From Cyanophora paradoxa CCMP329 (lineage: Eukaryota > Plantae > Glaucophyta), in NCBI GenBank assembly GCA_004431415.1, contig QPMI01000189.1, forward strand, positions 1 to 64,000: a DNA stretch of 64,000 nucleotides, read 5' to 3'. Made by a program: the position numbers and the translations under genes. Every line of letters begins with the position of its first letter. Position 1 is the stretch's first letter. The notes beneath the pieces are model-generated. The model was not told the DNA's origin, did no database searches, and was given only the letters and a program-made list of their open reading frames with translations. Below, in pieces: positions 34,922-46,705 of the stretch.

Positions 34922-35329
34922 CTAGAAAGCGCCCTCACACGCTGCCTGAACCTTGCACCCCGGTACGCGGCACGCGCAGCTAAACGCGTTCGGCAAACGC
35001 TTCTGGAACGGGCCCGACGCCTCTGGTCACGTCGCTGCGAAATCAACGCGGAGTGGGAACGCGACTGCCGCGTCTCCCAGGCCTCAAAGAAGCGACCGCG
35101 CCCGCCCCGCACGGGCGCCCGCGCCCGAGAGCGGGCCCGCGGCCCCCGGACCTGTAAGGAAGTCTGCGCCGCCTGCGACGGGCCGATTCGCCTTCACAAT
35201 CTACTCAACGCCGCTCGGAACGCAGACTGCCCACCGGAGTACGCGGGCTGGAAGGCGGCGCTCCGCGCCCAAGAGCTCTACGATTGCGTCAAGGTACGCC
35301 CTTGGGAGTCACATCCTAGCCCGCTCTAA
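34922..35329 (+). mobile_element. Probable 3' end of a 5'-truncated non-LTR retrotransposon ORF
   Basis: ATG-less open frame ...AAKRVRQTLLERARRLWSRRCEINAEWERDC...WESHPSPL*; WxxRCxxxxxWE resembles LINE ORF2 C-termini; intronless with non-host codon usage. Confidence 0.4.
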
Positions 35330-35464
35330 ACGGTACCCCGAGCCGCGCGAAAGGGGGGGGGGGGGGGGGGGGGGCTACGTCGGGAGGAGACTCTCGACAC
35401 CACCTACCTACTACTTCACCATACCTAGTCCTCGAGAAACTTACCTGATCTACTCTTAGCCTCG

Positions 35465-36348
35465 CACACACTAGATATAGCCGCCCCGACCGACTCGCTG
35501 GGCCCCGCCCAAGCGAGCGCCTGCCTTGCCTCCCTCTCCCGCTCTGCCCTCCCGCTCGCTCTCTTGGCCCTGCCTCCCATTCACGACCTCGCCCGCGCTC
35601 CTCGCGCCTCGACAGGGAGGGAACGATGGATCGGAAGGCTTGGCGGAAGGCTTCGGCTGGTCGTTGCACCCACCAGATACCCCGGCCATCGTGCCAGGAC
35701 CGTGGGTTGAAGGACCGCCGCGGAGGGGGGCTCGCAATTGCCCGCGGCGGGGGTGCGGCGGCTGGTTCGAGGCTGGAAGCCCTGCTGACCGAGAAATCCG
35801 ACCCTCCCCTCCCCGCCACGGCCGGCGCCGACCTTCTCCGTCCCGCCCCACTTCTTCCCCGCAACGTCCCCCTCGCCTCATTCCCCTCGGCCCCTCTACG
35901 CCGACGTGCTTCCACCCGCGCTTCGGGCGAGCGGCCCCCTCGACGCGGAGCCCGCCGCGCTAGCTGTAGTCGCGGCCGCGTCGAGAGTAGGCAGATTAGA
36001 CCGCGGGTCCGTCCTGGCTTTCCTACCGTACAGTAGAACAGCCGCGAGCTCCGGACGTCCCGACGGTCCCTAGGCAGGCAGCACTAGCAGTAGTAGTGTT
36101 TTAATTTACCTCCCTCTCGTAGACCCTGGGTAGTCCTCTCGGTAGCCTAGTCCTAAGCTAGGCTAGATGTATAGGTAGTAGCTCTCTGCTCTGGGTTAGC
36201 TTTGCTTTAGTTTACGTCTCCTTGACTAGCTCCACCCTGTCCGATGGCTGATAGGTTCCCTACCCGGCGTAACCAGTAGGCTCATCTTTCGACTTGACAC
36301 TTTACGGACTCCTCAGTTCTATCATTAGCCGTATTGTCTCGGTGTGTG
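35465..36348. mobile_element. Possible non-autonomous DNA transposon with CAC termini
   Basis: CACACAC...GTGTGTG inverted termini flanked on both sides by CG; non-coding interior, TA-rich toward the right end. Confidence 0.3.
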
Positions 36349-36366
36349 CGAATTCACTAATGCCTC

Positions 36367-36535
36367 CTGCGCCGCCGGGCCGCGGCCGGCTCAGCGGGGG
36401 CGGGGAGGGCGCCGCGGCGGGCCCGGGGCGGGGGCGGCGGACGGGGAACTTGTAGTCGACGCGTACGAGGAGCTGGAGCTCGTTGCAGCGGGCCTGGAGC
36501 GAGATGAGGCGCTCCCGCAGGTTCGCGCGCCAGCA
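36367..36535 (-). pseudogene. Orphan host-like exon plus intron fragment
   Basis: Exon NLRERLISLQARCNELQLLVRVDYKFP with GC3-rich codons, then a typical GTCCGC...CTGAG...GCAG intron (36367-36442), stranded between mobile elements. Confidence 0.45.
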
Positions 36536-36619
36536 GCACCTTGAAGCCCGTCCGATACGGTCGCCTTGAATTCGAAGCGCTCACCGGTGGGCTACTTAAA
36601 AAAAAAAATTTGCAGCCGG

Positions 36620-37316
36620 TGCGCGGCTAAGAGAAGCACGCCCAGTGCAGACCTGAGCAGGCAGGTTGATGGCAAGAGGCTGAGCAGCACCAGTGCGACG
36701 GAGCAGCAGAGTCTCGGTAGGATTGAGTACAGAGGGAACAGATATAGCACCAGACATAGCTACAGCGAGGCTAGTCATAGTGCTAGGGCTATTCTGAGCG
36801 TGCTAAGATGGTCGCTGGACCAGATGGCAACGCGTACAAGGGTATAGGCCCAGAGGACAGGGCTAAATAAGGGAGCAGAGGCCAAGGGCCTAGCTAAGAG
36901 CTAGAGGACGATCCGACGAGCCGAGCGAGTCGTGAAGTGGATGGCACTCAACCGCTCCTACCCGCTGGATCCCCGCAGCAGCCCCCATGCGCGGCTAAGA
37001 GAAGCACGCCCAGTGCAGACCTGAGCAGGCAGGTTGATGGCAAGAGGCTGAGCAGCACCAGTGCGACGGAGCAGCAGAGTCTCGGTAGGATTGAGTACAG
37101 AGGGAACAGATATAGCACCAGACATAGCTACAGCGAGGCTAGTCATAGTGCTAGGGCTATTCTGAGCGTGCTAAGATGGTCGCTGGACCAGATGGCAACG
37201 CGTACAAGGGTATAGGCCCAGAGGACAGGGCTAAATAAGGGAGCAGAGGCCAAGGGCCTAGCTAAGAGCTAGAGGACTAGCCGACGAGCCGAGCGAGTCG
37301 TGAAGTGGATGGCACA
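36620..37316 (-). mobile_element. TRIM-like miniature LTR retroelement: LTR 37316-36988, PBS 36987-36968, PPT ~36965-36951, LTR 36948-36620; TSD CCGG
   Basis: Two near-identical 329-bp direct repeats; element termini TG...CA; CCGG at 36616-36619 and 37317-37320; the internal TGGGGGCTGCTGCGGGGATC is the complement of a tRNA 3' end. Confidence 0.8.
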
Positions 37317-37629
37317 CCGGCATTCGACGATCCTGTGATCCTGCAGCTTCTGGGTATGCGCGTTGAAAGCTGGGGTAATGTGAAGCCTCGGCTTAGCTTG
37401 TGAAGTTGCGAGCGCTTGGAGGGAATCAGAGCTCCTGAAGCTTAACCTTGGCGCTTCTAGAGGCTTCTGCAGTGCTGTATCCCCCTGCAACTTGCCCCCC
37501 CACAAGCCGGCCCTCACAGCACACGCGAGAGCCGTAAACTAGCCGGCGCCGGGGATCACAAGGCCGTGTTTGCTCATTTGCAGGTTTGATGCTTCGCTAA
37601 GGTGGGCTGTTGGCTCGGCTACTTGTCCA

Positions 37630-38196
37630 ATGCCGGGCGACAAGGAGGAGATCCCACCGCCCTTTCTGTGCAATCTCACGAAAACTGTGCGCTCTCCCGG
37701 GCCCCTCTGGTCACTCTTCGATTTGACCCGATGCCGGCGCCGCTGCTCCAGCTAATGGAGGATCCGGTTCGTGACTAATATCCCGCTGCCGCTGCGCCAG
37801 CTGATTGATCGGTTGCATATGCATGCAGGTCGTGACCGGTACGCCGCGGCCGGTTGCGCTTGCTGGCGTGGGCAAGCGCGCCGTGCTCGAGCTGACGGCG
37901 CGCGCCGGGGCGCCCGGCAGAGTGCGGGCACTACTTCAACAGGGCGAGCATAGTGGAGCACCTGAAGGAGAACGAGAACTGCCCCAAGGAGGGCTGCGGC
38001 TTTGCCCTCAGGAACCGGCCCCTCTCCACGGCGTGCGCGCGCCCGCCCGCCCCGCCCCCCATCACCGGCAAGGTCGAGCGCGGGGACGCGCAGGTACTAC
38101 ATCAAGAGCTCGATCGAGCAGTACCAGCGCGACCTGGAAGAGGCAAAGAACGCCAAGAAGGAGAGCAAGGGCAAGAAGGGCAAGAAGAAGAAGTAG
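37630..38196 (+). CDS. Small U-box/RING-like E3 ligase protein with Lys-rich tail (5 exons)
   Basis: Spliced MPGDKEEIPPPFLCNLTKT|LMEDP|VVT|ECGHYFNRASIVEHLKENENCPKEGC...YYIKSSIEQY...KGKKGKKKK*. Confidence 0.85.
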
Positions 38197-38310
38197 GCCC
38201 CACCTCAAAGCCCCAACCGCCGCCGCATGCACGGTTGCAGGCCCACCCTCCACAAGCCGCGCTCCCCTTCGCCCCCGCTCTCTCGCGCGTGAAGTTAATG
38301 ATATCTCCTC

Positions 38311-38698
38311 GGATGCATTTCAGAGACGACCGACAACATCTGGACTAGCCCTAGCAGCTGTTTGGCTAGCAGTGGGCCGCCGGTCGAATCCATGGGCTCA
38401 ATCACTGAGTCAGATAGGCAAGTGACGTCGAAAATCGAAATCGAATACCGAAGCTCGAGATCGAAACCTAGGTCTACTTACCCTACGGGCTTAAGATCAT
38501 AGGATCATAGGACTTTCCGCCCCAGTACCTCTGGGCGCCTCTCAGAGTCTGGGCGTACGATCTACTTCGGCGGTGCCGGCAGGCCGAGCTCCAGCGCTAG
38601 CTGCGGCCGCGTCATGGCATGCGCACGTGCACGTTAAGAGATGCCCCGACCGGCTCCGGCGCCGCGCCGCCGGCCGGCTCGCGCGCACGCGAGCTGGC
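38311..38698. repeat. Chimeric duplication: copy of 33232-33441 fused to an inverted copy of 8014-8157 (LpxL last exon and 3' flank)
   Basis: Direct sequence comparison; the junction is at a shared CAGT (38523-38526). Confidence 0.9.
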
Positions 38699-38936
38699 AG
38701 CTCAATTCTTATGCGCGTGTGCACGCGCCAGGCTCCACCCGCGATGCGTTGCGCAGCTCCTTCCCCCACCGAGGCCGCGCTCAGGTACGCGCATGCGCAG
38801 CGCGCGCGCACGCGATCAAGCTTGTAGAAATTTAAGCTTGCCTCTTTAAGCCTCGGACGCAACGAGAGAGCTCGGGCTGGGGCCTAGCTGCGGCGCGCGG
38901 GCGGGGCGGGGCGGGGCGGCGGGGCCGGGGCGGGGC

Positions 38937-41712
38937 TCAGCGGGGCGGGGCGCGGAGGGGCACGGTGAGGACGCGGTCGTAGCTGGGGTCGAGCTTGACG
39001 GCGGGGAAGCGGGCGCGGAGGGCGGCGAAGGCGGCGGAGGCGGCGCGGGTGGCGAGGAGGCGGCCGTCGTGGGAGTAGGCGAGCTTGCGGAGGGAGGCGG
39101 GGCGGGCCGCCAGCGCCGCCTCGAGGTCGCGGGGGGCGAGGTCCCAGCCCTCCGCCACGTCCAGCACCTCCAGCGCCGCCCCGCGCCCCAGCCCCGCCAC
39201 CAGCCGCCCCAGCAGCCCTGCGCCCCGCTCGGCCCCGCCCCCGACCACACCCCGCCCACCGAGCCCGCCCCGCCCCGCACCGGGCTTCCAGCGGCAGATG
39301 CGGATGCGGCTGCGGGGCGGCGTGAGGCGGGGCCGGGGCGGGGCGGGGCGGGGTGCGGGGCGGCGCGCACAGCTTGCGGAGGCGGCGGAGGACGGGAAGG
39401 CCCCGTTTGCTCACGAGCTCTCCCACGCACTGCCCCGCCTCAGCGCCGCCGCCGGCGGGGGCGGGCGGGGGCGGGGGCGGACGTTGGTGAGGCAGGAGCA
39501 GTGGCTGCTGCGGGGCGGCTCCTCGGTGTCCGAGGGCGTGCAGGTGGCGTTGTAGAGCTCGAGCTTGCGCAGCGAGGCCGGGGCCGCGGCCAGCACGCGC
39601 GCCAGCAGCTCGCCCTTCTCCCCGCACGTCGCCTCCCGCGCAAACTGCACCCGGAGCCTGCCGCCCCGCCCCGCCCGCTCCCTCCCCGCCGCCCAAACCG
39701 CCCGACCCCGCCCCCGCGCGCACCACTCGAGGGAGGGGAGGGAAGCCACGGCTGAGCCTGCGTGGGCGTCAGCGGGCGCGGCCGGGCGCACAGGGGGCGG
39801 GGCGGGCGGGGCGGGCGGGCCGATGGCGGCGGCCTCGCGATCGTCCCCCGCGACACAGATGACCCCCAAGAACTTCATGCGGGGGCCCCAGGCGTCGAGA
39901 ACCGTCCGGAACTCCCCGCTCACCCACTCCGGCCCCGTCGGGCCCGCCCCCTGCGGCGCGCTCGCGGGGTGAGCTGCGTGGAGTCGGGGTGGGGCGGCGG
40001 GGGCGCGCCGGGGGCCCCGGGGGCATCACGGGGGCGTCCTGGTCCTCGTTGGTGAGGGCCATGCCGAAGAGCTGGAGGCCCTGCGGGGCGGTGAGGGGCG
40101 GCGGGGCGGCGGGCTGGCGCGCCGCGTCGGGGCGGACGTCGAGGGGGCGCTCGGGGAAGCGGGAGGCGAGGTAGGAGAGGGAGGAGGCGGGGTCGGCGCA
40201 GGCGCACAGCTCCAGGAAGCGCAGCGCCGGCAGCCGCGTCAGCAGCGCCCCGTACGCCTCCTGCGGCACCGGGCCCGGCCTGCACCGCCCCTCAGCGCCC
40301 CGCGCAAGCCAGGCCGGCTGGGCCCCGGGGCGCGCATGTCCAGGTCCTGCAGGCCCCTGCACGCGGCCGCCAGCGCCCCCTGCGCCCCGCTCGCCGTGAG
40401 CCGCCCCCGCGCGACGCGGGGCGGCGCGGGGGCGCACGACGGCCTCGGCGTCGATCTGCAGGCTCGTGCCGTACCTGCGCCCCCGCCTCAGAGGCCCGGG
40501 CGCTCGGGGCCGTGGCCGGCCCGGCGCACGCGTCCGTCCCCTCGCCGGTGAGGTAGAGCCTGGCGGGCGCTGCCTGAGGGGCCGGCTGCGGGGCGGGGGG
40601 CGGGGCCGGGAGGGGCCGCACTTGCGCAGGTTGGGGCACCCCTGGAAGGCCTCGCGCCACGAGGCCGGCTCTGCGGCCGGCGGTCGGCCCCCGGGGGCGG
40701 GCCCGGCGCGCCAGGCGGACCCGTGATGGGGCACTGGAGCTTGAAGAGGGCCGGGGTGCGGAAGTGGAAGCGGCGGATGGGGCAGCGCTTGGGCGTGCGG
40801 TTCGCCGCCGGGCCAGCGGGGCCGCTCTCCGGGATGGGCTCGAGGCCCGAGGACCAGTCCAGCGTGCAGACCGCCAGCCGCTCGTGCTCGATCCGCAGCT
40901 CGTGCCGCGGCTGCCCGCCCGCCCCCCCCCCGTGAGCCGGCGGGGAACTCCAAGGCGCGGGGTCGGGCGCGGCGCGGCGCGGCGCACGCCGGCGGCGATG
41001 ATGAGGTTGAGGCTGAGATGTAGGCGGCGGAGGGTCGGCAGGCCAGCGAGGAGGCCCGCGATGTCCGGCCCCCGCTTCAAGCTGAAGACGCCGACCACCG
41101 CGCACCCGACCTGCCCGCCCCAGCGACGCAGCGCCGGCTCCACATTCCTGCATCCGCGCCCGCCCCGCCGCGGCTCCCGCACGCCCCTGCCCCGCTGTCA
41201 GCCCCACTTGCCCGTCCGGGGAGCGGCCAAGCGGACCAGTCCTCGAGGAGCGCCATAGTCATGTTGGAGTTGTGCGTAGCCGAGATCACGTCGCGCCAGC
41301 GCCGGCAGACTCGCGCCAGCGCGATGTATTCTTTAGTGAAGTCACCGGGCTGAATCACGCACTGCAGGCAGTGGTTAGGCGCAGCGGGGCTCGTCTAGGT
41401 GCAGGCGGCGCCGCGGCGCGGTGCTAGGCAGTGGTCAGGCAGTGGTTAGGTGCAGGCGGCGCCGCGGCGCGGTGCTGGTAGGGAACCCACGAGCATAATC
41501 AGCCGAAGGCACTCGTCGGGGAGATCATGGATGCACGCCGCTGACGCAGGGAGGGTCGAAGAAGTATGACCAGTTGATGCGCCTGCGCTCGCGCTCGGAG
41601 TACTGTCCACGGCCTTTTGGCGCTTTGCGCTGCTGCGGTTGGCGGGCGGGGCGGCCGATTTCTCTGCTTCGGACTCTAATTGCGCCGCTGCGCGCTTCCG
41701 GGGCCGGCCCAT
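38937..41712 (-). CDS. F-box protein with LRR-like C-terminal region
   Basis: IHDLPDECLRLIML...LARVCRRWRDV; LRR-like LPTLRRLHLS, CPNLRK, LPALRFLEL, LRKLELYN, LEVLDVA. Confidence 0.8.
41366..41478. repeat. Local tandem duplication inside F-box intron 1
   Basis: TAGGTGCAGGCGGCGCCGCGGCGCGGTGCT x2 and AGGCAGTGGT x3. Confidence 0.8.
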
Positions 41713-41795
41713 CTTGATTTTGGCTGAAGTTTCGGGGGTACAGCCTCCTAAGGTTCCCGCGAGACTCGCTAGGCGCACGGTCAAGGCGAGACCCG

Positions 41796-43961
<2,166 letters not shown>

Positions 43962-44751
43962 CGCCCCGCCCCCACGCCCCCGCCACCCCCCCGGCGCCCT
44001 CCACCAGTCGGGCCCTTCCCCCGCTCCCCTGCAATTCGATTTCATCGCTGCAGCCGGCCTCTGCGCGCCGTCGGCATTCGCACACCCGGCGTCAGAGCTA
44101 GATCGGGCAGCTCCGCAACCGATGGTGCCCGAGACTCACTGAATCAGCGGTTCGAATTCGTGACTAGAATGCGCCTCACAAAGCCGCCAAACCGGTTCCG
44201 GGGGAGCCCCGGGGTCTGGACCCCTTGAGATCCGACGGCGAAGCTTAAGCCCACGCAGCCTGATAGCCTCGGAACGGGAGTGAGTCCGCGCCCGGGCGAC
44301 TCGGCGAGGCTCTGAGAGCGTCGATCAGGCCTTACGTTGGACTCGGGGGCGGTCATCGGCCCGGCCGCGGTGGGTGGGTCCCGGAGTCCGACTCGCCGCG
44401 TCGGCGAGAATAATGACCGTCATCGATCACGGCGTCGGACTTGACTTGGGGCGGAGTAATTTACGAAGTCACAACGGCTTGGGAGCCTGGCCCAATGTAC
44501 ATGTGGTACTGCGGCACAGCAGCAGCCTGCAGCCTGCCAGGCTGGCAGGCTGATTCCAATATTTGCGATTGCCGAGTCGAGATGTGCTTTGACACATCGC
44601 TATCATAGTATCTGAAGAGAGGCCGCTGAGGCCCTGGTCATGATGGGGATCATGGGGGGCTTCGAGCTCGAGGTCGGGTTAGGGTCATCTTGCTCCTGCG
44701 ATCGGCAAGCGGGGAAGAATGGCGGGAAGGGGCCGGGTGGCAGCGGGGCGG

Positions 44752-46570
44752 CTAGAGGACGAGGAGGCCGGCGGGGCCGAGGCGGAAGGGGAGGGCGGCG
44801 GGGGCGCAGTGGGCGCTCTTGGCGACGTGGAGGAGGCCCTCGCCGGGGGCGGGGCCCCCCGGGGCGCCCTCCAGCACCAGCCGCGTGCTCACCGAGTGCG
44901 CCCACGCCAGCCCCAGCGCCGCCTGGCCCTCCGCGCCCCCGCCCCCCGGCACCGCACCGCCCCCCGCCCCGCCCGCCCGCCCCCGCCCCCTCCCCCCGCC
45001 CGACGCTGCGGGGCGAGGGTGGGGTCGGGGCGGGGGATGTGGTGGGAAGGGGGGGGGGGGGGGGGGGGGGGGGGAGGGGGGGGGCGGACGGCGGGAGAGG
45101 GGCCCCGGGAGAGCTGGTTGGAGACGGCGACGGCGAGGGAGAGGTGCTCGGCGAGGCGCCTGCAGGGCCCCCGTCAGCCGCCGCCCCCGCGAGGCCCCAG
45201 CGCGGCGGCGGCGGGCGCGCTTGAGGCGCCCGGCGGTTGCCATCAGGGCGGCCCCGCGCTGCGCCAGCGCCCCCTGCCCGTACTCCTTCCGGAACAGCCC
45301 CGCTGCACTCCGCCCGACCCCCGCGCTCGCTCCATACTTGAGATGGGGCGCAAGGCGCCGGCGGAGGCGGGACCGATGGAGTCGATCTGCGGGGCGGGGG
45401 ACGGGAGCGGTCGGGGCAGGCGGGGCGGGGCGGGGCGGCGGGGGAGGGGCGCACGACGAGGAGGCGTACGCGGCGCTCGATGAGCAGCCGCTCCAGGCCC
45501 CCGAGCCTGGACCCCGCCCCGCCCGTCAGCCCCCCGCCGACCCCGCCGCCGTCCCGCCGGGCGCAGGGCGCACAGGCGGTCGAGCTCGGCGCAGCTGGCG
45601 ACCTGGGTGCGGGGCGGGGGTCTGGAGGGGGAGGGGGCGGGCGGGGCCGGGGCGCCGGCCTTGAAGACGGTGATGGCAGACGCCAGCTCGGCGAGGCGCG
45701 CCTGCTCGGCGAAGTGGCGCCCCTCCCGCGCCCGCGCCATCTCCACCAGCCTGCCCCCCGCCCTCGCCGCACGCCGCCGCGCCGCGCTCGCGGGGCGGGG
45801 GCGGGCGCGCCGGTCGGGCGCGAAGGCGTCCTCCGTGTCCACAAAGCAGGCGCCGCCGCCGAGGCCGCCGAGCGCCGCCGGCAGCGCCGCCATCAGCGCC
45901 ACCTGCAGCAGCAGCTGCGTCTTCCCCGCCCCGCTCGCCCCGCACACCTGCGCGCGCGCCCCCGCTCGCCCCGCAACCACCGGCGAGCGGCCGCGCAGGA
46001 GCGAGCAGGCCTCGGTGATCGCCCCGCACTGAAGCCCCCCTCGCAGGCTCTCGTCCTGCGCCGGCGTCAAAAACGCATTCAGAGAGGAGAGGAACGGGCA
46101 TCCGGGCGTCGAACGCACCAGGCGCGCCCCCGCGCCAGTCGGAATGAAGAAAAGCCTCAACGCCTGCTCTCGCATGCGGAGCACCTGGATTCCACCTGAC
46201 CACCGCACACTGGGCGGCGCTCATTCGGCGCGAACCGTAAGCGGGGCTGGCGCGACGGCGGCCCCGATGATGCGCTGGACGCGCAGCACCTCCTCGTGCG
46301 AGAGGTCGAGAATCTAGCGCGCGTGCTCGAATTCGGCGTGCAGCGGTCGCGCCGGCGGGTGCCGAAGCGCGCGGCGCAGGGAATGCCCAGAAGCACGTCA
46401 TCAAATTCGCACATTGCGGAGTTCGATCTCGGTGCGCTTTAGGACGTCCGAAGCGCTCAGAAGACCGCTCGCAGAAAACCTTCGAAACGCTCAGCACTCG
46501 CGGGACACATTGAGCATGCAGCATACCTGTCCATGAGCTCATCGGACAAGCCCAGCCGCCGGAGGGCCAT
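44752..46570 (-). CDS. RAD51B: RAD51 paralog B
   Basis: MALRRLGLSDELMDR, LRGGLQCGAITE|VCGASGAGKTQ, FVDTEDAFAPDR|LVEMA, LLV|IDSI, AALGLAWAHSVSTRLVLE...VAKS. Confidence 0.88.
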
Positions 46571-46705
46571 TCGTCGGAGCGCCAAACTTGCGGCCAAAGT
46601 GTCGCTGGGGTACCGAGATTAATTCCGGGAGAGACCGCAAACGAAGATCAGAACTTGGAGAACCGCATCAGAACGTTTCAGATTGGACAGCACGATGTTT
46701 GCGGC

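Noticed and set aside
35438-35450. ACTTACCTG resembling the U1 snRNA 5' end
   Set aside because: No U1 stem-loops or Sm site follow. It is equally the reverse complement of a consensus donor site.
36968-36987. tRNA gene
   Set aside because: Only the 3' 20 nt including an encoded CCA are present, which fits a primer-binding site, not a nuclear tRNA gene.
36566-37215. Two duplicated ~93-aa ORFs as a tandem gene pair
   Set aside because: They lie within the LTRs, lack ATG starts and host codon bias, and are explained by the LTR element.
44100-44600. tRNA/SINE or structured ncRNA suggested by GGTTCGAATTC at ~44149
   Set aside because: I could not build a cloverleaf, A-box or recognisable snRNA/SRP motif. 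An Rfam scan would be needed.
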